Assembly (NCBI RefSeq): GCF_016925535.1
Contig: NZ_CP070496.1
Location: 3,694,257 to 3,758,256, forward strand
From: Natronoglycomyces albus
GTDB taxonomy: Bacteria > Actinomycetota > Actinomycetes > Mycobacteriales > Micromonosporaceae
Direction of reading: 5' to 3'
Length of the DNA: 64,000 bases
The stretch's first letter is position 1. Each line of letters opens with the position of its first letter. Below the pieces are notes generated by a model. The model was not told the DNA's origin. It did not search any database and worked only from the letters and a program-made list of their open reading frames with translations. This document shows, piece by piece, positions 9,278-18,865 of this stretch. The position numbers and the translations under genes are program-made.

Positions 9278-9311
9278 TTGGAGTGGGAAGAACGCTCTTT
9301 CCACTCCAAGC
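9278..9311 (+). other. near-perfect 15-bp-stem hairpin CTTGGAGTGGGAAGA-acgc-TCTTTCCACTCCAAG in the intergenic region
   Basis: Read directly. There is one G-U position. It lies between the Tmk-like gene and the next CDS and has no U-tract. Confidence 0.3.
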
Positions 9312-9443
9312 CACCACCACTACCCCTATACGGCCGCCCGTGCGAAGCCACCCACTTCAGTTGGCCGGACGTGCCGGCTCAGACCTCGCCCGCGAGACCA
9401 CCAGGGCTGGCAACCGCACAGGTGGGACACCTTTGAGGAACAC

Positions 9444-10259
9444 ATGACCGACGACTCCGCTCCATCAGCAGACATCGCCCACATGGACCTACCATCGTGG
9501 GTTCGCGAGAGCTACTCCAACGACGACGTCTACCTCTTCGACGAAGCCCCCTCCGTCATCTCCGTGTACGAAGACCCGTTCCTGCTGGAGAAGTTCACTT
9601 TCCTCGTCCACGTCCCCGCCGAAATCCTCCACAGCCAGGAACGACTGCGACGATTCCTCGGACGGGCCCGCGCGCACTTCGGAAGCGAGTTGCCGTTCCT
9701 GCTGCGCCTAGAGGCGGACCACAAAGCCCCGGCCGGTGACGGCGTCCGCTGTAACGAACGTTTCGTCGAAATGCCGACGGTATCCGTACGCGCCTCTGTC
9801 GACGGGCTACCCGCAGACGTTCACGTCGAACAACTCCACGCCGACAACACCAAGGACTTCGTCAACCTGCTGTTGCACGGGCTGGAGTTCTCCGCCTCGT
9901 CCAAAGGCGTCCCGTTTCGCACCGACGCGGTGGAAGCGAATCTGCGCAGCAACGTGATTCCCGCCTACGAGGCAGACCAGGCGCACGCGCTGCTCGCCAA
10001 GCGCGGCCACGAGGTCATCGGGTTCGTCTCCTGGGTCGACACCGGCGAGACCGTAGAACTGATCGACATCTGGGCGTATGAGCGCGACGAACTACGACGA
10101 CTCGTCTCCCCCCTGCTATACCTCGCCGTCGCCCACTCCGCGGCTGCGACCGTGCGGGGTTCGATAGTCGGCTCGGATGACAATGCGACCGCCGTCTTCC
10201 AACGGCTCCTCGCCCAAGGCTGGAGGCTACACGAATCGTATTGGCGGCTCGAACTATGA
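9444..10259 (+). CDS. hypothetical protein, possibly a GNAT-fold acyltransferase
   Basis: The start was set at MTDDSAPS (GAGGAA RBS). The C-terminus …VIGFVSW…RGSIVGSDDNATAVFQRLLAQGWRL loosely resembles GNAT motifs A/B. The assignment is weak. Confidence 0.45.
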   Translation: MTDDSAPSADIAHMDLPSWVRESYSNDDVYLFDEAPSVISVYEDPFLLEKFTFLVHVPAEILHSQERLRRFLGRARAHFGSELPFLLRLEADHKAPAGDGVRCNERFVEMPTVSVRASVDGLPADVHVEQLHADNTKDFVNLLLHGLEFSASSKGVPFRTDAVEANLRSNVIPAYEADQAHALLAKRGHEVIGFVSWVDTGETVELIDIWAYERDELRRLVSPLLYLAVAHSAAATVRGSIVGSDDNATAVFQRLLAQGWRLHESYWRLEL

Positions 10260-11410
10260 CCGAGAAGTCCACAGCCGCGTCCGGCGACGTGGGTGAACTG
10301 ATCGACGCCGTTCACCGCTGGTACGGAGAAGAACGTCACATCGCGCCGTTCCTGCGAAAGCTACGCAAACGCAGCCCCAAGGTCGTACCAACGTACTTGT
10401 CATGTCTGGAACTACAAGGCGAAACACTGGACAGCCTCACGAGGGCCGAAGTCGACGTGGTGCGGCAACGAGCCGACCACTATGCCGTGATCTGGGAGCA
10501 GCTGCGCCAACGATGGCCCGACATCATCGCCGTCAAAGGGCCGACCGCCAGCGCCGCCTACCCCGCCGGAGTGCAGCGCTACAGCGCAGACCTCGACGTG
10601 GTCGTTTCAGACCAGTTGACCGTCACCGACGTGGCCCGATACTTCCTTGACGCCGGGTGGCAACGCGAAAGCCTCATGTTGTGGCGTTCCGACGGCTGCG
10701 AACAGATGCGGGTCATTGTCGAAAAACCGTTCGTGGAGCCGATGCAGCAGCCCCTAAGAGTCGAGATCACCACATTGGAGTGGATCGGCGCAAGCTCGGC
10801 GACAAAACCTCAGACACGACTCGACGTGAAATCCGACATCGTGCGTACCCAGCTGGCCATCATCGCCGAACGGTATGAGCGAGCCTTCGACTTTCGGGAT
10901 GCGCTGGATTTCCTGTTGCTAGACCGACAACTGTCCGACGCCGGTCGCGCCGAACGGGAGGCGATGATCGCCGACCTTGGCGTCGAACCTCTCGCCGAGG
11001 AGCTGATTCGCCTGGTGTCCCAGATTGACAAGAGCTACGCTGACGCTTCGGCACGGCGGCAACTGGCCGGATTTGGGACACGGTTGTCCGCCAAACTCTC
11101 GTTCTGGCGCAAGGGTCTGCGAAACCCACGGGCCCGACTGGCCTTGGCCTCCCAGTTCGCGCTGATCGAAAACCAGTCGTCCCAGGCTTGGAATCGGGTA
11201 CTACAGGCAATGGTACGAGGCATATCCGGAGCCGATGCCCTGGACAAAGGGCTGCTGGTATGGGGCATCCCGGTCGTGCTGACCGCCGACAAACAAGACG
11301 TGGATTCACCACACATTCGGCATAGTCCTCTCGGGGCATGGTTTCTCACCGCCAGCTCGGTGATCGAAGCGAAGACGTTGGAAGAAGTCGGCGTCGAGAG
11401 CTTGGGCTAG
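10256..11410 (+). CDS. hypothetical protein, possibly an uncharacterised nucleotidyltransferase-like protein
   Basis: Its ATG overlaps the upstream stop (ATGA). The segment VKGPTASAAYPAGVQRYSADLDVVVSD resembles the GS…D.D motif of pol-beta-type NTases. The assignment is weak. Confidence 0.45.
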   Translation: MTEKSTAASGDVGELIDAVHRWYGEERHIAPFLRKLRKRSPKVVPTYLSCLELQGETLDSLTRAEVDVVRQRADHYAVIWEQLRQRWPDIIAVKGPTASAAYPAGVQRYSADLDVVVSDQLTVTDVARYFLDAGWQRESLMLWRSDGCEQMRVIVEKPFVEPMQQPLRVEITTLEWIGASSATKPQTRLDVKSDIVRTQLAIIAERYERAFDFRDALDFLLLDRQLSDAGRAEREAMIADLGVEPLAEELIRLVSQIDKSYADASARRQLAGFGTRLSAKLSFWRKGLRNPRARLALASQFALIENQSSQAWNRVLQAMVRGISGADALDKGLLVWGIPVVLTADKQDVDSPHIRHSPLGAWFLTASSVIEAKTLEEVGVESLG

Positions 11411-11506
11411 GCGGATGAGCCGAATGCGACCCCCTCGGCTTACCGACCGACCAGATGCCCCCACACATCGGCCTTCACAACCTCACAGACAGAAGCAAAG
11501 GACACT

Positions 11507-12475
11507 ATGAGCGACGCGACGGAACTTGCGATACGGGTAACCGACTTGACTCGCACATACCAAAGCCAGGATGGGGCGCCCGAACGAACAGCACTCGACC
11601 AGATCAGCATGGCCGTGCCCCACGGCGAAGTCCACGGGCTCCTCGGCCCCAACGGGGCCGGAAAGACGACACTGTGCAAGATCCTGTCCACGCTGCTAGT
11701 GCCGACATCAGGCAGCGCTACCGTCAGCGGGTTCGACGTGACACACGAGTACAAGCGAATACAGCCTCTGGTGGGAATCGTCTTTGGAGGCGAAAAGGGC
11801 CTCTACAACATGATGACTGCGGCCGACAACCTGCACTTCTGGGCCGGTCTGTACAACGTGAAGCGCTCCGTGGCCAAAGAACGCGTGCCGAGGCTGCTGG
11901 ACTTGGTCGGCCTCAGGGGCCGGGCGCATGACCGCGTCGACACGCTGTCGCGAGGAATGAGACAAAGGCTGCACCTGGCACGCGGCCTCATAGGTGATCC
12001 GCGCATCCTGATTCTGGACGAGCCGACCGTGGGAATGGACCCGATTGCGGCGCAGGAGTTCCGCAACCTGATTCGAGACTTGCGCGAAGATAACATCACT
12101 TTCCTGCTCACCACCCACAACATGGCCGAGGCCGAATCGCTGTGTGACCGTGTCTCGTTCATCGACAGCGGAAAGCTGTTGCACTGCGAAAGCCCCCACG
12201 CGTTGCGGCGGTCGATGTCGAGTCGGCACCGCATCGTCGCCAAGAGCGTGCCCGGTGACATCGCCGCGCAATTGGAACAACGGGTCGACGTCGAGCAAGT
12301 GCGCCTCACCGACTCAAGCGAAGCGCACATCGATCTCACCGACAAGCGGGCCGCCCAAGAAGTGTTGTTCTTTCTCACCGACATAGGCATAGACGAAGTT
12401 TCGCTTGCCCCGGCGACGCTGGAGGAAGTGTACATACAGCTCATCGGCGAACGCGGTATGGAGTTGGGATCGTGA
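11507..12475 (+). CDS. ABC transporter ATP-binding protein (ABC-2/DrrA-like exporter subunit)
   Basis: It has Walker A GPNGAGKTT, signature LSRGMRQRL and Walker B ILILDEPT. Confidence 0.9.
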   Translation: MSDATELAIRVTDLTRTYQSQDGAPERTALDQISMAVPHGEVHGLLGPNGAGKTTLCKILSTLLVPTSGSATVSGFDVTHEYKRIQPLVGIVFGGEKGLYNMMTAADNLHFWAGLYNVKRSVAKERVPRLLDLVGLRGRAHDRVDTLSRGMRQRLHLARGLIGDPRILILDEPTVGMDPIAAQEFRNLIRDLREDNITFLLTTHNMAEAESLCDRVSFIDSGKLLHCESPHALRRSMSSRHRIVAKSVPGDIAAQLEQRVDVEQVRLTDSSEAHIDLTDKRAAQEVLFFLTDIGIDEVSLAPATLEEVYIQLIGERGMELGS

Positions 12476-13251
12476 CACTGTCGGCCCGGCCAATCACCGA
12501 GGCGATGAGGTTCCAGTCTCGGATCATCCGCGGTAACCCCGGAACCTTGCTGCCGCTCATCACCACCCCGTTTCTCACCGCGACACTGCTGGCGATCTTC
12601 GACCACATCGGCCGCGAGGACATTGCGGCCTATGCCGTCATCGCTCCGGCGATCATGGCGTTGCTGGGCGTCGCCATCGGCGAATCCGGCGAAATTATCT
12701 TCCGCGACCGCAACACCGGCGTCCTCGAAGCCCAAATGGGAGCGCCCAGCTCGTTCGCGTCGGTCTTGGCGGGCAGAATCGGCACCGTCTTGGCGTTCGG
12801 GCTCATCGGGCTCGTGCAGGCATGGCTGGTCGCGGCTCTCGGCTTCGGCGTCATCGTCGCCGTCGAGCACCTGGTTCCCTTCGTGCTGGCAACAGTACTG
12901 TGTCTGGTGGGCATGGTGGCCATGGCGATATTGATGGCGGCGACCTTTGTGGTCGGACGTTCGGTGCGAGCCTTCCAAAACGCCATCTCCTACCCACTGT
13001 TCCTCTTCGGTGGTGTCCTCGTGCCGCTGGAACTGCTTCCAACCGTGGTGGAGTGGATCGGCCGCCTGTTCTTCCTGTCCTGGGTGACCGACCTGCTGCG
13101 CGACAGTGTGCTCGCGGCACCCGTCGAGAACCTTTGGCCCCGGCTCGGCATCGCCACGCTGTTGGTGGGTCTCACGCTGGCAGCCGCCATCGCCGTTCTC
13201 TCACGGCTGGTTCAACGCCTCCGTACAACCGGGAATGTGAGTCTCGTATGA
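12472..13251 (+). CDS. ABC-2 type transporter permease
   Basis: It has six hydrophobic helices. Its start overlaps the ATPase stop (translational coupling). Confidence 0.75.
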   Translation: MTLSARPITEAMRFQSRIIRGNPGTLLPLITTPFLTATLLAIFDHIGREDIAAYAVIAPAIMALLGVAIGESGEIIFRDRNTGVLEAQMGAPSSFASVLAGRIGTVLAFGLIGLVQAWLVAALGFGVIVAVEHLVPFVLATVLCLVGMVAMAILMAATFVVGRSVRAFQNAISYPLFLFGGVLVPLELLPTVVEWIGRLFFLSWVTDLLRDSVLAAPVENLWPRLGIATLLVGLTLAAAIAVLSRLVQRLRTTGNVSLV

Positions 13252-14039
13252 GTGTTGTGACGCAATCGCGGCAAGCTATCAATCTGGGCATGGCCTCCAT
13301 GCGCATGACCTACACCGTGAAGTCATTCTTCGGTGGATACATGTTGCGAACACTGTGCCAGGTGGTGTTCTTTTCCTCGATTGGAGCACTGGCCGCAGGC
13401 GGAGAAGTGACTTCGTTTCTTCTAATCGGCATGTCCGTGTATCTGGCAACGACTCTGCCGATGATGGCCAGCGCCTCTACGACATGGGATCGGAACGCGG
13501 GGACTTTGTCGCTGTTGGTGGCGTCCCCGGCGGCACTGGCGGTCGTGTTCCTCTTTCGAAGTTGGTTTTTCATCCTGACCGGTTCGGTGTCGTCTATTTT
13601 GGCTTTGGCGATTCTGATTCCGGCTTTCGGCATCAGCGTCAGTATCTCGCAGGCGGCCTTGATATTCGCGCTGGTCATCGTAGCGGCACTCACCACTTAT
13701 GCTCTGGGTGTCGCCTGCGGCGGCATGGCATTGCGGTTTCCCCATCTACGCAACGTCTTTTCCACGTTCGTCATGACGGTGTCCATGATGATCGGCGGGT
13801 TCGTCGTGCCGCTTGACTACTGGCCGGCGGGCTTCCAGTGGGTAGCGCAGATATTCCCAGGCGTGCACGCCTTGAGTGGGATTCGGGAAGTCATGGGAGG
13901 CGGAGACTTGACGGTGGTGGGCTTTCACACGGTTACAGCCTTCGCTGTGGCTTTCCTGTGGTTGGTTGTCGCGGCATTGTCATTTTGGTGGCTACGAGTT
14001 CACGGTCGCAAGGTCGGCAGCATCGATTTCGAGGATTAA
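13248..14039 (+). CDS. ABC-2 type transporter permease (second membrane subunit)
   Basis: The ATG at 13248 overlaps the upstream stop. It is a polytopic membrane protein. The track ORF 12822..14039 was trimmed. Confidence 0.7.
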   Translation: MSVVTQSRQAINLGMASMRMTYTVKSFFGGYMLRTLCQVVFFSSIGALAAGGEVTSFLLIGMSVYLATTLPMMASASTTWDRNAGTLSLLVASPAALAVVFLFRSWFFILTGSVSSILALAILIPAFGISVSISQAALIFALVIVAALTTYALGVACGGMALRFPHLRNVFSTFVMTVSMMIGGFVVPLDYWPAGFQWVAQIFPGVHALSGIREVMGGGDLTVVGFHTVTAFAVAFLWLVVAALSFWWLRVHGRKVGSIDFED

Positions 14040-14140
14040 CGACGGGGCCGTAAGCCAGTGCGGCCCGCAATGTAGCCCCACGACGTGGGACCAGTTCACT
14101 CTGGGTCCGGCCCCACGTCTTGGGTGGAGATTGTTCGCGG

Positions 14141-16831
14141 CTAACTGGCGTTGTCGATGTCGGCGCTCCTGGCGTTGGGGCCGGTTGCCCCGGCGCTGTC
14201 CACGCCAGTGCCGTTGCCGTTGCCAGTGTCCGTCGCCTGGGGCCTTCCCTTGGAGACGGCCAGCGTGTCGCCGCGTTCGGCGACTCCCACCGAGACGGTG
14301 TCACCATCGGTGATGTCGCCGGCCAACAACTGCCGAGCCAGCTGGTCACCGATCGAGTTCTGCACCAGCCGACGCAACGGCCGCGCCCCATAGACGGGGT
14401 CAAAGCCGCGCTCGGCCAACCAAGTGCGGGCGTCATCGTCCACATCGAGGACCAGACGACGGTTAGCCAGCCGTGTGCCCAAGACGTCCAGCTGCACGTC
14501 CACAATGCCCTTCAAGTTCTCTTCGCTCAGCGAGGAGAACACGACAATGTCGTCCAAGCGGTTCAAGAATTCCGGCTTGAAATGCCCCTGCACCGCCGAC
14601 ATGACGGCACTTTGTCGCTGCTCGGCATCCAGCGTCGAATCCGCGATCGAGGTCGAACCCAGGTTCGAGGTCATGATGAGGATCGTGTTGCGGAAGTCGA
14701 CGGTGCGGCCCTGCCCGTCGGTGAGGCGGCCGTCGTCAAGCACCTGCAACAGCGTGTCGAACACGCCCGAATGAGCTTTCTCGACCTCGTCGAACAACAC
14801 CACCGAATACGGGCGGCGGCGCACCGCCTCGGTGAGCTGACCGCCGGACTCATAGCCGACGTAGCCAGGCGGCGCACCGATGAGCCGCGCCACGGAATGG
14901 CGCTCGGTGTATTCGCCCATGTCGATGCGCACCATCGCGTGCGCGTCATCGAACAGGAACTCCGCCAAAGCCTTGGCCAGCTCAGTCTTACCAACCCCGG
15001 TGGGGCCGCAGAAGAGGAAGGAGCCAGTGGGCCGGTTCGGGTCGTTAATGCCTGCCCGGGCGCGGCGCACCGCGTCGGAGACCGCGTGCACGGCGGGATC
15101 TTGGCCGATGACGCGTTGACTGAGCACTTCGTCCATGCGCAGCAGCTTCGCGGTCTCGGACTCGATGAGTCGCCCGGCGGGGATGCCCGTCCAGGCGGAG
15201 ATGACCTCGGCGATCTCGTCTGGTTCGATCTCCTCCTTGAGCATGGGTGAGGCGCTTTGCTCCTTCGAGAGGGCGGCTTCGGCCTGCTGTAGTTGGGACT
15301 CCAGCTCAGGGATCTTGCCGTAGCGCAACTGGGCGACCTCTTCGAGGTTGTATTCGCGTTCGGCGCGTTCGGCGGCGGCGCGGACGTCCTCAAGTTGTTC
15401 CTTCAGTTGCGAGACCGAACCGATGCGGTCTTTCTCTTGGCTCCACTGTTGCGACAGGGCCGAGAGCCGTTCGCGGCTGTCAGCCAGTTCCCGGCGCAAG
15501 GTGGCGAGGCGTTCCCGCGAACCTGGGTCGGTTTCTTTGGCTAGCGCCATTTCTTCGATTTCGAGGCGGCGCACAGTGCGTTCGACGGCATCGATTTCCT
15601 CTGGCCGCGAGTCGATCTCGATGCGGAGGCGCGAAGCGGCCTCGTCAATGAGGTCAATGGCTTTATCGGGTAGGAAGCGGTCGGTGATGTACCGGTCGGA
15701 TAGTTGGGCGGCCGCCACCAGGGCCGAGTCGGTGATGCGCACCCCGTGATGGACTTCGTAGCGTTCTTTAAGCCCGCGCAGGATGGCCACGGTGTCCTCA
15801 ACGGAAGGCTCACCGACCAGGACGGGCTGGAAGCGGCGTTCCAGGGCCGGGTCCTTTTCGATGTTTTGGCGGTATTCGTCAAGGGTGGTGGCACCGACCA
15901 TGTGTAGTTCGCCCCGGGCGAGCATGGGTTTGAGCATGTTGCCCGCGTCCATGGAGCCTTCGGTCTTACCCGCGCCGACCATGGTGTGCAGCTCGTCGAG
16001 GAAGGTGATGATCTGCCCGTCGGCGGATTTGATCTCTTCGAGGACGGACTTGAGTCGTTCCTCGAATTGGCCTCGGTACTGGGCTCCGGCCAGCATGCTG
16101 GCCAGGTCGAGGGAGACCACGGAGCGGTCGCGTAGGGAATCGGGGACGTCTCCGGCGACGATGCGTTGAGCCAAGCCTTCGACAATCGCGGTCTTACCGA
16201 CGCCCGGTTCTCCGATGAGCACCGGGTTGTTCTTGGTGCGGCGAGAAAGCACTTGGATGACGCGGCGAATCTCCGTGTCACGGCCAATGACCGGGTCGAC
16301 TTTGTCGTTGCGAGCGGCTTTGGTCAAGTCGATGGAGTATTTTTCTAGTGCCTTATAGCTGCCTTCGGGGTCGGCGCTGGTGACTTTGCGGTCACCGCCG
16401 CGAATGGTGGGGAAGGCGGCAACGAGCTTTTCGACGGTCGCGCCGAGTTGTTGCATGGCTTCGCCGACGTCGCCGATCTGAGCCAGCCCGGCGAGCAGGT
16501 GCTCAGTGGAGACATATTCGTCTCCGTTGTCGCTAGCGACGCCGTCGGCGGCGTTGATCGCGGCGAGGGATTCGCGGGCCATGGATGGTTCGGCTACGGA
16601 AGACCCTGACGCGGCTGGAAGTTGGTCGAGGTTTTGCTCGGCTTGAGTTGCCAGGGAGCCTGGGGTCACGCCGACTACCTGGAGTAGGCCCGGCGCGGTG
16701 GACCCGTCCACGGTAAGGAGAGCGTGGAGAAGATGCCAGGGCTCGACGGTGGCGTGGCCGCTGCTTTGGGCCTCGCGGGCTGCCTGCGAGATCACTTCAC
16801 GGCTCTTGGTAGTTAGGCGGTTGACGTCCAA
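14141..16831 (-). CDS. clpB: ATP-dependent chaperone ClpB
   Basis: It has an N-terminal Clp domain, two AAA modules ([16 protein letters not shown]) and a long middle coiled-coil. The gene is 896 aa. Confidence 0.95.
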   Translation of the reverse strand: MDVNRLTTKSREVISQAAREAQSSGHATVEPWHLLHALLTVDGSTAPGLLQVVGVTPGSLATQAEQNLDQLPAASGSSVAEPSMARESLAAINAADGVASDNGDEYVSTEHLLAGLAQIGDVGEAMQQLGATVEKLVAAFPTIRGGDRKVTSADPEGSYKALEKYSIDLTKAARNDKVDPVIGRDTEIRRVIQVLSRRTKNNPVLIGEPGVGKTAIVEGLAQRIVAGDVPDSLRDRSVVSLDLASMLAGAQYRGQFEERLKSVLEEIKSADGQIITFLDELHTMVGAGKTEGSMDAGNMLKPMLARGELHMVGATTLDEYRQNIEKDPALERRFQPVLVGEPSVEDTVAILRGLKERYEVHHGVRITDSALVAAAQLSDRYITDRFLPDKAIDLIDEAASRLRIEIDSRPEEIDAVERTVRRLEIEEMALAKETDPGSRERLATLRRELADSRERLSALSQQWSQEKDRIGSVSQLKEQLEDVRAAAERAEREYNLEEVAQLRYGKIPELESQLQQAEAALSKEQSASPMLKEEIEPDEIAEVISAWTGIPAGRLIESETAKLLRMDEVLSQRVIGQDPAVHAVSDAVRRARAGINDPNRPTGSFLFCGPTGVGKTELAKALAEFLFDDAHAMVRIDMGEYTERHSVARLIGAPPGYVGYESGGQLTEAVRRRPYSVVLFDEVEKAHSGVFDTLLQVLDDGRLTDGQGRTVDFRNTILIMTSNLGSTSIADSTLDAEQRQSAVMSAVQGHFKPEFLNRLDDIVVFSSLSEENLKGIVDVQLDVLGTRLANRRLVLDVDDDARTWLAERGFDPVYGARPLRRLVQNSIGDQLARQLLAGDITDGDTVSVGVAERGDTLAVSKGRPQATDTGNGNGTGVDSAGATGPNARSADIDNAS

Positions 16832-17112
16832 GGTTCCTCCTTTGCGGCGCGACGGTGTCTTGATGCCAAAGCTAGTGCTCGTGCGCTCACGGCGGACCTG
16901 ATTGGCGTATCTGGCCCGGGCCGGTGGTGTGGCGGATATGGGCTTCGATGACGGCGGGTTTGCTTAGGTGGTCGGCGCGTGGGCGGAGATTCAGTTGATC
17001 GAGGACCAGCTGTGAGGTCTATGCAAAGGGCGTCTAGGTAGGCGCCCCGGGCCTACCTGCGTAGACGTGACGACCTCTTGATCCGCGCTTTGCCTAAACC
17101 TGCGTCTCAGAG

Positions 17113-17131
17113 TTGAGTCTAGTCCACTCAA
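17113..17131. promoter_or_regulatory. HspR-associated inverted repeat (HAIR)-like site TTGAGT-N7-ACTCAA upstream of clpB
   Basis: Read directly: gTTGAGTctagtccACTCAAc. It matches the actinobacterial HAIR consensus CTTGAGT-N7-ACTCAAG and lies about 280 bp upstream of the clpB start. Confidence 0.45.
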
Positions 17132-17479
17132 CTTTGTTTTTCACGACCATGCCAGTGAAATTTTCGTCACGTATCGCGCGCCGACTAATCCAACCAGGTG
17201 CGTCGCTTCCGCCAAAGATTCCGAAAGCCGCCGCCAACAGACGCAAACCCCATAGTTATCCACAAGCGCCATATCGTTACTTGACGCTCAAACAGGACTT
17301 TTGAGACGCTGGAATTGGGGGTCCCCTGGGTGAAGAATCTTCACGTCTTGACGTTGTCGCAGTTCATTACCTCAGCCGCCAATCAGGCATAGAAAAATCG
17401 GCCCTGGCGCACATCCGGCAATCGCGAAAGATCTTCGCCGGGCGCGCGGCCAATGGGCCGATTTAGCAGTTAACGCTAG

Positions 17480-18229
17480 TTACTTCTTACCAATGCCGAA
17501 CAGGGCCTTCACCTTGGCGAAGAAACCGGCCTTAGGCTGGTCGACACCGTTGGTCTCAGCGCTGGCCTCCTCGTGAGGCTTCGACTCGTCAACAGCCTTG
17601 TCCGAGGCAGCCGCCTTGACGTCGGCCTCCTTCTCGGGCGCAGGCTCAGAGGCAACCTCGGGCTTGGCCTCTTCTTTGACCGCTACCTTCTCAGCCGCTT
17701 CGGACTCTGCGGCCGCTTCAGGCTCTGCGGCCGTTTCAGGCTTGGACTCAGCCTTGGACTCAGCCTCAACAGCGTCGGCCTCAGTCTTGGACTCAACCTC
17801 GGCGTCTTGCTCCATCGAGGGAGCTTCAGCCTGCTCGGGAATGGCAGCCGACTCGGTGTCGCCCTCAGCAGCCTTGGACTCATCACCCTCAGCCGCGGCG
17901 GCTTCGCTCGAAGCCTCCTGGGCAGCCTCTTCAGCCTGGGGGGCGTCCTCCACGACCGGGCCCGCCTCAACTTCGGTGTCGTCGGCCTCGCCCAACAAGT
18001 CTTTGAAAGCCGCCAGCCGCATCACTGGCACTCCCTGGTCGGTCGCCTTCTTCAGACGGGGCTCCGAGGGCTTGACAGTCTCATCGACGACCATGTGCGT
18101 CACGGTCGTGGTAAATCGGGCCGCAATGGCCACCTCTGCGTGGTCCTCCGCGAGCTGGCGAGCGTGCTCAGCGTCCTTGCCGGACCCCAGAATCAGAACC
18201 CTTATCGTCACTTCGGTCTTGGCTGGCAC
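17480..18229 (-). CDS. BRCT-like domain protein with a long acidic Ala/Glu/Lys-rich repetitive C-terminal tail
   Basis: The start was set at GTG 18229 (RBS GGAGGG). The N-terminus TIRVLILGSGKD…THMVVDE…GVPVMRLAAFKDLL is BRCT-like. The C-terminus is encoded by 18-nt tandem DNA repeats. Confidence 0.5.
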   Translation of the reverse strand: MPAKTEVTIRVLILGSGKDAEHARQLAEDHAEVAIAARFTTTVTHMVVDETVKPSEPRLKKATDQGVPVMRLAAFKDLLGEADDTEVEAGPVVEDAPQAEEAAQEASSEAAAAEGDESKAAEGDTESAAIPEQAEAPSMEQDAEVESKTEADAVEAESKAESKPETAAEPEAAAESEAAEKVAVKEEAKPEVASEPAPEKEADVKAAASDKAVDESKPHEEASAETNGVDQPKAGFFAKVKALFGIGKK

Positions 18230-18865
18230 TATCAGCCCTCCTCGTTTAGGAATACAGCGTCTTTTGGGCACATTATTCAGGGCGTTCGCCTGATCGTACC
18301 GCTCGACTCCCAGCAGTATGCCAAGCCACCGCCGACTTATCCGCCTGTGCGCACCGGCTCCCACCTACGGTGACACCCCATCAGAGGCCTTCGATCCAAT
18401 GGGCTCGACCCGAACAACCCACAGAGGCGACTATGTGAGGCAGTCGTGGTGGGCGCCCGGCTGGCCTTGCGCATCGCTGTGACCACTATGGATAAAAGTG
18501 GTGGCAATCCAGAGCCGACATCGGCAAACCCCGGCTCGTACTCTAACCACTTCACCAAGATGCGGCCAGAAACGGCACGGGCGCGAATAAGTGGAATGAC
18601 ACACAACACATACACAAAGTAACCGGCCTCCATCCAGACACACACCCCGCGCGGTGACTCGGCTCCCCACAGTTACCGATCGGTACGACACCCTTCACGT
18701 GCCCATACGCTCCCGGTTGTTTCATTCCTTTGTGGCCCAACGGTTTTAGGGTATATCGAAGGCGGTCGTTACGGACAATTTTGAGCCTTGCCCTCTTGCT
18801 GGCATATTGCTAAAGTCACTGCGAAAAATGATCATGTAATTACCATTTGTAAAGAATGGGGCATC

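Noticed and set aside
11803-12978. A 391-aa minus-strand ORF opposite the ABC ATPase/permease genes
   Set aside because: It is antisense to ORFs with unambiguous Walker/signature motifs. It is low-complexity and Arg/Asp/Gly-rich.
14120-16287. Several long plus- and minus-frame ORFs (14120..15250, 14671..15393, 15541..16287, etc.) inside clpB
   Set aside because: They are alternative frames of a gene that is confidently ClpB over its full length. Their Ala/Arg/Pro/Ser bias is characteristic of off-frame translation of high-GC coding DNA.
17573-18373. Plus-strand ORFs (266 aa, 231 aa) opposite the BRCT-like acidic protein gene
   Set aside because: They are encoded by the complement of the acidic tandem-repeat region, so they are repeat-driven open frames. 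The minus-strand gene has an RBS and a folded N-terminal domain.
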